From: Psilocybe cubensis | Lineage: Eukaryota | Assembly: GCA_017499595.2 (NCBI GenBank) | Contig: CM038998.1 | Location: forward strand, 1,302,001 to 1,366,000 | DNA: 64,000 bases | Reading direction: 5' to 3' | In this document: one piece after another, positions 13,924 to 27,155 of the stretch | Numbering within the stretch: position 1 is the stretch's first letter | Layout of the letters: the number at the start of each line of letters is the position of its first letter | Notes under the pieces: model-generated | Databases searched by the model: none | What the model was told of the DNA's origin: nothing | The model's input: only the letters and a program-made list of their open reading frames with translations | Made by a program: the position numbers and the translations under genes

Positions 13924-14400
13924 CGTGTGCGATTCGCCGATGAAATAGGTTGGGAAGCGCGAGTAGAGCGTTTTGTTTTTCCAAAAGCTCTTGCAGAGTT
14001 CGATCGCGTTTGCAAAAAAATGATAGCACGTGATCTCAGCTAAATGAGGTTCGTCGCGGAAAACACGGACGACTCCTCTCCATGATGTTGCAATGTCTAA
14101 ACAAGACCGGCAAAGCAACGAAACAAAACATCATTGACCTCAACAAAAAAACGAAAAAATGCGCATGTTCCAAGAAATGTTAGATTTTGGGGTATGCAGA
14201 GATGCTTAACTAAATACAAATGATTTTTGCTCGCTATTTGCCCAATAAAAGCCCAAAGAGAGTAGAACGAAATAGAAAGCCTAGAACAAAGAAATACGAT
14301 GCTTTGGATGATTACAGACAACAACAACAAAAAACGCAGGTAGTACATTGTCACCAAGCAGATGGAGAGCAAAAAGTGGTGAACGGGATTGTCAATTAGT

Positions 14401-16382
14401 TTATGGTCGGTAACCAGGAAGGGCTATATTATCATTGGCAGTGGGATGAGGTGTGGATGATCCAATAGAAGGCGTGGGTGCGCGCGGTGGTGGAGGCTCT
14501 GACGGATGAGGAGCTGTCAATTCAGTGGGTATCCGGTCGTGGTCCTGCCCGGCAATACATTCTTCGCAGGAGTCGAGTGCCGGGCTAGAATCATCCCACT
14601 CGGGTGCACTAGGACACATATCGTGGATATGGTCATCCTCCCCTAAAAGCGGAGGGGCAGATGGAACTAGAAGATGGGTGTCCTGCAAAGGAGGCGATGC
14701 GCCTTCCTCAAATGGAGGTGCTGAGGGCCCGCATTCAGCATCCAGATCTTCCATCTCCTCGAATGAGTAAGGGTGGGTGTAGAATTCTGACGCGGCCAGA
14801 ACTCCTTTTGAGGGTGGTGGGGGAAACATTGATGGCGAGGTTGATGATTGGCCAGGGGATGTAGTCAGTTCGGGCGCAAAAGCCTCAATATCATCATCTT
14901 GCCACTCGGGAGCTGAAACCTGTATTTCGGATGTCCCCGCAGACGGCAAACTGTCGTCTGTTGGTGGAGCGCTTGCAAGGTCCTGCAAACGAGCAAGTAG
15001 AGATTTATCATCGGTGGCAACATGGGCTGCATGCAGATGAGTGGGTGATAGTTCTACCACATGGCCATCGTTAGTGATAGCCGCCGAGGCGGAATAGTTC
15101 GATGAATGGGATGGCCTCCTTGAACGACCAAACTGTGGAGTACTTGTTGGATATTCACCGCCTGTTGGATCATCCGATGAAATGATAATAGGAGGAATTT
15201 GACTACGATGTTGATAGGCAGGAGGATTGTTGATAGTGGGTTGGGCTGGTGATGAAGGCCGGGAATTGGATACCTGCGCCGACGTGGGCGATGTTGGAAT
15301 AGCATCTTCGTCGTGTAGTTGACTGCGAATAGATGATGTAGAAGACCTGCGAGACGATGCCGTCGACCGAATCGACGAGTTAGATCCTGCTAAACGGCTG
15401 CGAGAGCGATCGAGGCTGAGGGTAGATTGGTTGGCAATAGATGCACGAGAACCAAAACGTCTGCCCCTTCGCTGACGCGCGGTATATCTGACGTTGGCTT
15501 TCCACCGCGCGGTAGCCCTGGCCCATATTTTCTGCTTGGTCTTGTGCTCTTTCTCCGCGACAAGGCTTTCCACACTAATCGCAGACCTTTTCCGCCTTGC
15601 CTTTGCCTCCACGTCATAACTCCTATGGTTTTTCTTGACAGTCTTCCGCCAAAACAGGCATCCAATGATAAAAGAGCATATGAGGAATGCAAGAACGAGG
15701 GAGACGGCAAGAATGAGGGGAGTGCGATTTTCGCTTGTCCTGGTTGGCTTCCACCCAGGCGGTAGGGAGTCACGAATATCATCTAACTGGTCGTAGGTAG
15801 TAGAGTCGGATTTGTTGGTATTACCGGAGACTTGTATCTGGTCGTCGACGGCTGATACAGCATTCGTTGGCTGGCGACATATCTGTCAATACCATGTGAG
15901 ATGATGAACAAAAAAAGAAATCCATCTGTACTCACCCCGTCGCACGCCGACACAGTCGATCCGTAGAGAGTATATGTTCCCAACCTCCTCCAAATCCCGT
16001 CGGGGCCCTGGCGATACTGATCTGGCACATGTCTGGGCAGTAAAATATTGTAGGCTGCTGACGGCGTCGGCGTGACGGTGACCGAGGATGATGGGAGTGC
16101 TCTTCGTTCGCGGGGTGCATCCACAGTGTCTTCAGAGTCTATTGACGGGCAGAGAAAGGACGGAGGGGCAGGACTACCGCTGACGGTGGATGCAGAGGCG
16201 ACAGAGGCGAGAAGCACAAGTAGGCCAGATGATGGGGCAAAAAGGGACGAGGGCGATTTCGGAGAAGGATTCCTGCGATGGCGAGATGGATAAGGGTGCT
16301 CTGGGATGTGCTGCCGACGAACGATTGTAGATTTGGATGTTCCAGGAGCGCCTGAGGACGCGACTGGCAATGGCTTGGCCAT
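14401..16382 (-). CDS. Uncharacterised membrane protein with S/P-rich tail bearing PY and PSAP motifs
   Basis: N-terminal hydrophobic GLLVLLASVASA; intron ~15885-15934; TM LILAVSLVLAFLICSFIIGCLFW followed by RKTVKK; ~400 aa low-complexity tail. Start codon uncertain. Confidence 0.75.
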
Positions 16383-16708
16383 TCTTACAAAGGGGCTGAG
16401 GCTTTGTGTATGCGCCAAGCAAGTCTTGCACCTCTAGCCGCTGACTTGGTTGGCGATGATGTGGACGGTGGATGGTGGTATGAAGAAGAAAAGGATATAA
16501 GTATGTGTGGGGGAGCTGGACGGCGTGGGGAGGGAGGAGAGACAGCGAGCCAAGGGTGTGGAGAAGAGGTCGAGGAGGACGGTCACAACCAAATCCAGGA
16601 TTACCCAGGATTCCCATTCTCCCAGGCACCCAAAACGGACAAACGAGAGTAAACATCAACGATAGCAATTATTAGACTTATATTTAATTAACTATTCTAT
16701 TACACGAA

Positions 16709-19700
16709 TCAACTAAGCAGCTCGCACTTGCGCCGCTCCTCCTCCCGCTGCCGTGCCCGCCCCCTCAGCTCGCTGCTCTGCCGCTGCACAACCAAATCCT
16801 CACATCCTGCCTCGTACACCAGCTTGTATCGCGGATAGCTCACACGTATCTTTATTCGGTCCTCCACCACCGAGGCTGTGCTCCGCCTTTCTTCACCCAC
16901 ACGGACACACCTAAAAATACAGCGCAATCCCAGCATGATTAGCCGACAAACATCCTGTCACTGCGAAATCGAAACCTGCCTTCGTAGAAACACAGGGCTG
17001 CTCTCTTTCTTCCCCTCTGGCAACCACTCTGTCGGGTGCGTCATGACATATGTGTTCACGTACTCCCTCCACCGCGCTAGCTCAGAACCGTCCGTCTCGA
17101 CACTCGGTTCATTAGCGCTGCACAGTGAAACACGGATGCAGCGTGTTTCTCGCACCTTTCCATACCAACTTTGTTAGTCCAATTTCTCCCGGTTCATAAA
17201 CATAGACCCACCCATTGAAGGCGATATAAATGATCATCTTGTCCAACATGCCGCTCTGCCTCTCGTCGATATCTTATAATATCTTGCGTGGATATATTTT
17301 TGGAGCTCTGTGCGCTTTTGAGCAGCGACCACAGCTCCTGGCACTTGTTATCGCCCAGGATCGTTTGAACCTATGGAATGGGCCATCATTCAGCAACCGC
17401 AACCTCAATCAGCTGCTAGCGGGAAAGAAGCATGACAGGGCAACGACCCTATCCCGCACACCCGGTGTCCATGACTCACCTGCTTGATCAGAGCTATAAT
17501 CGATTTGTCCAAAGTGAACAACGTATACGCCTATAATTATCGCCCGAGCTAAGCATGGAACTTCGCGAAACTAAAAATTAGATGTCGTTACCCACCTTGG
17601 TGCCAAAGAACCATCGCATATGCTCTTCAAACGTTCCCTGGTCGAGTTCGTTGTCGAACATCTTTTCGCAGGCAGTGAGCAGGTACATGTAGACGATATT
17701 GGTGTCTTCAGCAGCAGGCTTTCCTAGATGGTCTATCGTCTGCTTCAGGACCGAAGCCGGCCCATTTGGATCATCCAACCCCAAATCAACTGCCACGCGA
17801 TTAGCTAGAAGCGAAGCGTGCTTCTGGGCAGCGTACTGGGCCCCAATCTCATAACACATTAGCAGCCTAGAATAAAGCAACTTCATACCCCAAATATAAC
17901 GTCAGTTATTTTTATCAATACGAAGAAAAAAGAACAGATTAGAATAGGACACAGCACCACAACCGAACTATGGAAAAAAAGGAAAGTCCAACTAGAACCA
18001 TGTTCACACTCACCTCAAAAAGACGAATCAACGTGTAAAATGTCGTATTCACGAAATATGGGCGTTCTTTGTCGGACGGAGATACGACGTTGTCCATTGT
18101 CGACTTTACACCGGATTCTTTGATCCAAATGTCATGCGGATCCGACGAATCGTCGTCCGTACGACCAGGTCGTGGCGATCCATGTCCTGAAGCAGAAGGC
18201 GATTCGGCGCGAGACCCGGAGACAGACGCTCCTCCCCGTTTGTTGGCAGACACTTTCTCCTGTGCGGTCTTAAGCAGCTTTTTTCTTAGGTCATTGGCCG
18301 GTATCGGTGTGCTATGACCCTGTCCTCCGCTCCCAGTGGACCTTCTCCCGCTACGTGACCCTTCTGGCTGCTGTTTGTTCACATCATGCCCGGCGTCCTC
18401 TTCAGCGCTTGCACCAGAGCCTGCGGTTCCATCTAAGGGCACAGTAGCCCAAAACTCAGCCTCGGACGACATGCATAATGTTGGAATGAATGCACGCAAA
18501 AACTTTTCGACTCCACGTCGCTCTGGTGGGCTGTACTGGGCATGATTGTGTTCCAAGAAGGTATACACCATCTTGACCGCGTCATGCAGCACCGCAGTAT
18601 TCTTGAAAGAATATTCGAGCTGATGCCCCACTGTGCCCTGCGTGAAGGCCTTGACGCCTTTCCGCTCCCATTTCTTTAGCTGCTGCTTTTTGATAGACTG
18701 AATATCGGTGACAAAGTACTTTGCCGTAATATTCTTCTTGTCGTTTTGCTTGAAGTTCGTTCCTTGGTGGTCGAGGGATTTGTAAAAGTTTTTACAATCG
18801 ACTTCTTTCCATGTACGACTCCATTCCCGCTGAGCGCGTCTCCATTCTTCATCCTTCGCCTTCAGACGATTCAAAACCACCGGCACCGCAACACTTGGGC
18901 AGTCTTGCAGCGCCTGGATGACCTCCAACCCCATATCCTTCCCATATATCTTCTTGATGATACGATGATAAATCGACATACCCGATCCACCGAAGTCAGG
19001 TTTCAATCTAAAGTGGGAACGTTCTTCATTTGTCATTTCGTCGATTCGCGAGTTCAGTGGCTCTAGAACAGCAATCGTTCTGACTAGAGCTTCAATTTGA
19101 ACGTGGTATTCGTGTCGCTCCTCCTCGCTTCGATGAACAGCCTCTTCAAATGGTGTCTTCTTATGTGCTACAAACCCGGATTCCTCAGAAGCCCAAGTAG
19201 GATGCGAAACCCATTCATCATTGAGAACTGAACGGCATAGCTCGTCTCGCCCAGAACATGCCAATTGAGTTTCCTGCAAGTATAGATCAAGTCAGCGCGG
19301 ATTAAACAATTCAAAAATTTAGTGCAACGCACGCTAGGCGGTAATTTTCTATAGCTTGGGCCTTCTCCGTCGTCCACCGGCAAGGCAGTGGGGAGCTCAG
19401 GCGGACCCGTCCTAATGCTTCCTGGTGGACCCCTTTCTACCTTATCTCTGTCATCATATCCTACCAGGTCCTTGAAGTCCGTCATGAGGTCACCTTCACC
19501 CAAAAACACGTTCGCGCGTTCAATCAAAGTTTGAAGATCAATGATATCCTTCGAGAACAAACTCAACAGTTTCAGGAATTCGTCGTATTCTTGACTCTCC
19601 AACGACTTTTTCGCGCGATCGAAGAATAGCAGTTTGCCTGGGGATGTATTCGATTGATAATCGCTAAGGTGGTGCACTCCGTGTGGGCCTGCATGGGAAT

Positions 19701-21414
19701 GTATTGGAGGCGGCCCTTGGGCAACTGGATAGGCATGACTTTGTGAAGGTGAGAGGGGTACAGGGTATGACGCAAAAGGTGCCGGTTCGTTGTCCGGGTT
19801 ATGACTATGCTTGACTTTCTTCGGTTGCTACAAGGGAAAAAAGGTGACATTAGTGATCGGCGGGAATATGGTGTCTGGCAAAGGGGGAACACATACCCGT
19901 GACGGAGCAGGTTTCGATGGCGGGACGGGTGTGGCTTCTTTCTCTGGCACCCGCTTTCTACTGCGCTTGGGAGCTTGTGTAGGCTTTTTGACTTGTGTGT
20001 GTGGCGGACTGGATTCTCCAGGACCCCAGGATGTGGTCGAAGACTGGGGCATGATATGAACACCATTGGGCCCCATAGAACCAGGCATGGCCTCTGGAAG
20101 GAAGTCCTTGAACTCGGCGAGTAGATCGGGCGCATCTTTGAAAAGCATTTGTACTTGCACATACACCTGAGCCTAGAGGGAAATAAAAGGTTTAGTTAGT
20201 CATTGCCGGTACCAAAAATACATTTAAGATAAGAGGACGCACGTCGGGAGAATGTCTCTGCTCCTTCTGAAAAGTCTGCAGGATGTCCAAAAACTGTTTG
20301 TAAGTGTTGGGGTCGTCGCCATAACGCGCTTTTATCTTGTTGAGATATTGGATAGCATGGTTGAACTCCCCGGCTGGCTGCTTCTCGACCTGTTTGCTGC
20401 TGCTGCCTGCGACGTTGTTGACGTTATTGTTATTATTGTTGTTGAGGTAGTTCAGGAATGAGGCGGCAGCAGCGGTTGTTTGTGGCCCTTGTATTCCTGG
20501 CGAGTATACAGGTTCGTATGGTGGAGGGGGTCCAGTGGGGGTGGGGAAAAGATGAGGGGTATGTGAGCGCGACCCGGGGCCGTTGGCGGTATTCTGAAGT
20601 AGTGTGGATGTGATGGGGTATGGCCCCGGGCCTGCGTTAACGTATGCGGGTGCTGGAAGCATTGGGTCCAATTCTCGTGCATTCCGAGGTATCGGGGCGG
20701 TGTTGTTCGTGTTTTGAGTGGTCGTTCCCAGTGGCGTCGTCACCGTGATTATGTTGGGGTCGGAGGGGTCTACTGCAATATCTATTCGATAGCCCATGGG
20801 CAAAAAGGTGTTAAAGCCTTGAATAAGATATGGATTGCCGTGGAAGAGCCGGGAGACACGCTGAATGACGCCCGGTGTGTCGATTCTGAGACGAGGGTAT
20901 TGTTAGAGACTGTACATGAGCGCTGAAAGGCTGGAGGAACTGTTACTCACACCTGGCTCTTGAAGTCCTTCATGATGTCGAGGAATTGGTTGTACACGTC
21001 CGGGCTCTCGTGGAACTGGTTTTTGACGGCATCGAGGTAGCTCAGAGCGTCAGTGACGTTGAGTGGTCTGCCGACCTCTGGAGAGCGCTGGTGGCCAGAG
21101 GAGGTGGAGTCTGCGGTCTCTGGCCTGGGGGTAGATGGCTTTGATGAGCGGGGATGCATGTCCTGGACGGGGTTGGCGGTGTTGAGGGCGTGGAGGAGGA
21201 GGGTGGGGTCGGTGAAGGAAGGAGGAAAAGGAGGAATTGCGTTTGTTGGGATGACAGGGACGGATTCTGACATCCCTAACTGGTGTGTAACAGGGCTTGC
21301 AGGGGCCAAAATAGATCTAGTCCCCGAAGCCAAGTCGCTTACCCGACCGCCAAGCTCCACACCAGCTCTCTCCCCGCCAGACAGTATATTCGATATTGGT
21401 ACAGTCCCATCCAT
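16709..21414 (-). CDS. SIN3: Sin3 co-repressor (PAH1-3, HDAC-interaction domain, C-terminal domain)
   Basis: PAH1 [34 protein letters not shown]2 [19 protein letters not shown]3 [71 protein letters not shown]-terminal [11 protein letters not shown]. Start approximate. Confidence 0.95.
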
Positions 21415-21641
21415 GAATACACACAATCTGTTGTCGATATATCCTCGTCCAGGTCGACTTTCACCCCTTCTCCCTTAAAATCACCGTGTGAAAGACGGAT
21501 CTATATCATTTATCAGATAAGATTAGATTAAAAGATCATGGCAATCTTCAGTCCCAGCTTGTAATGTCGCATGTATTGTACAATGGTGTTACATTAGAAA
21601 GATAAAGATATAGTAAAGAATATCTGAGCGTGTCCACTATG

Positions 21642-22794
21642 CTACGCCTTCAACAACCGAGACCTCGACGACTTCTTTTCCAGCGATCTGCCAGGAGAAG
21701 CGTTTGGATCTCGGGTTTGCTGAATGGCCTCTTCGCGAAACTGGGGTCGGTAAGCGGGTAGTGGTGGTACAGGGGGTACAGCAAAGTAAGGAGCGTCATA
21801 CGGGTGTGTCCGAAGAGTTTGTGATCGTTTTTTCTCTGATTTACGGGGAGGTGGGGTGGTGGTAACTTCTGATGAGGATAACAAAATTAGCACAAAATAT
21901 AGACACCAAAAAGGATGGGCGCCTACTTTCTTGAACAGGACCGCTCGACATCTTGCGCAACATTTTGCGCGATTTGGGCTTCGTTTCAATGTTCACAACA
22001 ATTGGTATATTCCCATCGCTGTTCGTATGCTTATGGCACAATTTTTTCGGGCATAGATGTGGGGAAGACTGGCGTCGTGCAAGATTCGGTGTGTTCTTAG
22101 GTTTGTCTTTACCCCAGTGTTTAATATGAAACAAGCGGAATCCAGATTTGTCGCTTTTAACACTTGCATCAGTAGAAATGGATGAAATGGTGGCAGGCGG
22201 TGAGCATGGTGCAGAGGCAGGAGGAGAGGTTGGAAGTGAGGAAGCAACAGTAGGCGGAGTAGGAGGTGGTGTGATTACAAAAGGAATGTGTTCCGGTAAC
22301 GTTGTTACTGGGTTTGAGATACTTGGGGAATCGATTAATACAGGCCCGGCAGATGCACGACGTGGGCTCTCGGCAGAACCGAAATAATCAACGGTAATGA
22401 CGGGAACCATCGACACTGAATGACGAAGTTCGTGTGCCGAGACAGATCTTCTCACTGTCTTGTCGCGAGACACTTTTTTGACCTCCTCGACAACTTGGAG
22501 AAGAGGCAGCTTCTCCTTTGCACCCTCCACTTGCTGATCTGAAATAGTACGCACTGGGCGCCGGCCTCTGGCGGCATTAGGGAGTGTAGGCTGTTTATGG
22601 AATGCGATGCCACCTGCATATTGGACTTTGCTAGGATAGATCGCGCTGAGTAAGGCTGCCAACACGCTCTACGTTCTATTGTTACTCCACAATCTTACAA
22701 CAAGAATTCAACTGAGACTCACCAGTGCAAAGCCTAATGTACCATACAGGAACCCCGCCGCATTGACAAGTAGTCCCTGCGACCGAGTGTCCAT
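21642..22794 (-). CDS. Uncharacterised protein with N-terminal hydrophobic segment and P/S-rich body
   Basis: ATG 22794 MDTRSQGLLVNAAGFLYGTLGFAL, intron, ..VLAALLSAIYPSK, then a 274-codon exon, intron ~21869-21917 and last exon RSQTLRTHPYDAPYF..RLLKA*. Confidence 0.7.
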
Positions 22795-24897
22795 CTAGTT
22801 GGTGTCGTCAATGATGGTGGTCAGTGGGCAGGAAGTTAGCGGGCGCCCGGAGTATTTGAGTGGGCGATTAAAGGATCCCAAAGGATCCTTAATGCTTGCC
22901 AAAATGATCCTATTCCGGTCACTATTTGGTCGTGAAACAATGAAGCCGAGGACGCGTTGCAACAAGTATCAAAATCAAATGGCGTTAATGCAGTGGCACT
23001 AGCGGCGCAGGGCGCAGTTCTGAGCGCCTGTGAAAGGCCTGTTGGTGGCACAATGTGCTTCGTGGTAGTGATAAAGCCAACGTGGAGAAACGGCAGATCG
23101 TAGTATGGGTTGCTAACCTGTCGACGTGATATATATGTAGGAGAACTCGGCGGGCATGGTCCAAGATTAACGTACGCGTATTAGTGAGGTTCTAATACCT
23201 CGAGCAGCCGGCCGAAGTACCCGTCGCATTTGCGCCCGGTCCAATCGCTGATTACCGGTTCACACCTTCCTGGCCCCGCTGAGTCAGTAATAATGAATAA
23301 ATCGATGCATTTTTCAATCTTCCAGTCCCAGGACCCATTTCGTTTCCGAGGTTAACGACTTGGATGAAACCTGCAATGGCTATGAGCGCGAAGAGATGTT
23401 GATCATTGAAATTGCATTGGAAATTACCAAGGAAGGTCATCGCTTGCGACTAGTTTGAATTCATAATACGGTACAAACAAGGTGAAATGTACCGCCGTAA
23501 AGCTCTAAGAAAATATAAGTTTTTGTCAGAACTTGCTCTATCGACCACCTGTATATAATCTAATACATTACTTTTGTCATTTTTGCAGCAATTATCGCAA
23601 AAATGATGATGTATTAGATTCGGATACATTCCTCGGGGGTCGGGGAAGATGCATTTGGACTACTTTGTGTAAAATGTAAACGATTTTGAGTCTAAAATGA
23701 CTAATTTCATCATATAGTTAAACGGTCGTACTTTTCTGATGCTGCACTGTCCAATGCAGAGTTGATTGTAACCATCCAGTTAATGTCTGAACGACTTCAC
23801 CAAAAGGCAACGACCTACAGATCGCTGCGTATAAATTGTCGGCGGTGGCATGACTCCACTATGCACTCCGAGTGTCGCTTTCCGTTGTTTGCTCGACATT
23901 GCCTAATTCCTTTCGTTAATATCGCTAGACGTCATTCCGAGGATGTAGTGTTCCGTCTTCCTCAGCCTCAGCAGTATCATGTCGAGAAAGCCGAGCTCGG
24001 GCGATATGACGTACTACGTGCTGCTACCCACTTCAATACCACTCTGGCTTGCAAAGTCTTTCCAGTCACAAGTCGATTGGGTCAGGTTTGGTTTCGCTAT
24101 TTTAAATGCACATCTTAACATTACATGCCCGAGTCCATGGACACAATTCCTGCGCGGTGAAGTGAGATGGCATTTATTTTTACAAAATTGCGCACAACGC
24201 ACTTTTGTGAATTTGATTGTCGGTATCGAGCATCCGACGAGTTGAAGTGTGTCGGGCTGAGCCTTTAATTGAGAAACGTTACGTTTAATCGAGCATGGAA
24301 TTGCCAAGGCAAGAGGCAGAGCAAAAAAAGCGATGTGTATCTTGTGTGTACTTTTGAGTTCAAGCCAGCGAAACAGAAAAGGGTAAATGTCTTCGTAAGG
24401 CCCACTGTGGACAAGTACATGATTATGATATTCAGCATTATCTGAAAAATGCCTAAGGGGGCGATATTAACAAGCGTATGCTCCGTCAAGGTTCTGTCTC
24501 GGGCTAGATTAACCGTCGACGGATGACGCTCACTGAGTAGACGACAGAGTCTTGGCCTTTATATGTCTGGCAGTAGGCTCTGAGGTGCTTGTTTTTCCAA
24601 ATTTACATGCCGTATTGGTTAGGATTGCAGAAAATACGACCGCAGGAGGCGCAACAAGGCCTTGGAACACAGTGGAGAGCTTGTAAAGCCGTGACCATGA
24701 GAGGCTCTGTTCAAAGGCAGTGCCGTTACGGTTGCCCGATTTGGGTTGACTAGCGCAGTTCTCACTGCGTTCAATCCGTCTTGCTTAACCACCACCACTC
24801 ACCATTCTCCTTTTTGCTGGTCGTCTATAACATTATTTCGCTCATATACCATAGCTGACTCAGAGAGCTCACTTGGTCTTTGTCTTTCCCTTGAAAT

Positions 24898-26736
24898 ATG
24901 GGTATTATACGCCCGGCTACCCCAGGTTTTATCGTCACGTTGGTCGCCACCGTCCTCCTGGCAGTAGTCTCTTTCTGCGTCCCATACTTCAAGACTATTT
25001 TTTTCCTCAAAGCATCGATTACTGTTGATAATATCAGTGGAAACATCACCTTTGGAACCTTGGGATATTGTCTAGAGTTATCAAACGGGACGACATGTTC
25101 AAAACCATCCATTGGATATGAGCTCGGTAAGTGACACACTTCTCTCCTACGTCTCATGGATTCAATTCACCTTATCTTTCATCTTAATTCCAGATATTAA
25201 CGGACTAGTTGGAAATAAGCTCCCCGTTGAAATTCCGCAAGTGGTTGTTAAATGGATCACATACGCTCTGTTCCTCCATGTTATTGCGCTTGCTGGTGCT
25301 GCAGGGTCCGCCGTTTTCGGTTTGCTGGCTCATGTCCGTGAAATGTCGATGGCATGCTGCAGTACCTGCATATCTGGCTTTGCTGCCGTAATTGCAATGC
25401 TCGCTTTCATATTCGATCTCGTCTTCTTTTTTGTCGCAAAGGCTAGAATCAACGAAGTTGGAACTGCGACAATGGGAAATGCGATATGGCTCACACTAGC
25501 GGCTTGGTTGCTTCTGTTCTTCAGTGGTTGCTTCTATACCCTCGGTAGATGTTGCATCTCAAATCGACCTAGGGCACCCAACACCGGCAAGAATAGCAGT
25601 TGGGGAGGAGGGAAGTGGGGTGGTAGGGACTCGGAGAGTGGACGAAACGTGAATGGAGACGAAAGACTACGGCTGGATGCGGTCAAGGCGGAGGCAGACT
25701 GGAAAGCACGAACGCAGAAGGCCGAAGTTGGACTGCCTGCTTTCGCAGAGACGCAACCTCTTACAGGCCGTGTGGAAGGCGATCATGTGTATATCGATGG
25801 CGAGGATAACGCCAGTAGCTCCCAACTTCCCTCCTCTACAACACCACCTGCACGAAGAACAGCAGGAGGATATGTTCAAGGTGCTCCTGGTACACGTGCT
25901 GTAGACGAGTACTACAATCAGCCGCAATCGCCAGCCAGCAACACATATCCCCCACAGCATCCCAATCGGCAAGCTAGTGGTTATTCACCTAGCGTATATG
26001 CACCGTCTACATTTACTGCCAATGTTCCGCATTCCTCAGGCCCTCAGGGTGCTTCAGGATATGAATCATCACCTTATTCGTATAATGCTCCGGTGACAGC
26101 CTCTCCTCAAGGTCAAAACCAACTTTTGGCCATTCCTGGACAATATCATCAAGACCAACGTAGGGAATACGGGCACAGTGCAGGTGGCTCATCCTGTAAG
26201 ACGTTACTCTTCCTCTCGATTATCTACAGATGACTTACCGTATTCCCACAGACCACACTGCATCGCCTCATGAACAACACCCATCAAGCTACTCCCACTA
26301 TGACCCGTACTCCGCGCAACCTCAACCTCAACAACAATCGCACTACGCCGAACCCTCTTATCTCCATGATTCATACGCCGCTAACCCCCCAATGCCCGCC
26401 GCTACGAATTATGCAGGTACCCCAAACCCATACTATAACAGTCCAAATTCTCCACCTCTTCCCCAAGCTCAGCACGATCGAAGTTACACACTAGGAGGTG
26501 ACGGGTATGGCGCGAGCTCAGTACCACCGCTACAAGATTACAGCCACAATAACACTGGTGGCCATTTCCTCACCCAATCTCCTCCAACAATCAACACGAA
26601 TCTTGCCTTTGAGCAGCCAACCCAAACAAGCCCTATCAAGGGGCCTAGACCACAACCAGGGTCAATAGGTGAGGATGCGCCTCCAGGTTATGATGCTGGT
26701 ACATCTGGCGTGACTGGTAACTGGGGCAAACGGTAG
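24898..26736 (+). CDS. SUR7/PalI family 4-TM protein with long cytosolic tail
   Basis: TM1 GFIVTLVATVLLAVVSF, claudin-like loop FGTLGYCL..CSKPSIGY, three more TMs, LPAF motif and terminal PPGY. Introns ~25127-25192 and ~26196-26251. Confidence 0.9.
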
Positions 26737-27155
26737 TATGACTCAGAATACTTTCTTGACACCTTGAGGTTTTCATTGATACCTTATTCATCACTGTCAT
26801 CACCTTGCAGTATTCGACTCGATCTCTTAACTCCTTTTTTTGTTATTTATATGTTATGTACAAGGTCATGGACTTGTATTTGTTTTACTTATATTATGAT
26901 CAACTGAACCTCACGACTTTATTCACACCATACACCGCCTGCCAATTCTCCCGCTCTAGCCACGGATGTACTCCGTTGTACGTCTATAGATTGGCACTTC
27001 ATAACGCTTACTTAGTTACTACGAAAATCGTGGAACATCACTAGGCCGCATCAATCTTGTGCGGGTACGACGCCATTCTATTTGTATGTACGTGTGTTAA
27101 AACCATTCCAGATTCATACGCTTACTTGCATTTTGTACCAAAGACTTTGATTCCC

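Noticed and set aside
22800..24890. Short ORFs in the 2 kb divergent intergenic
   Set aside because: No recognisable motifs or consistent exon chain; treated as promoter/UTR.
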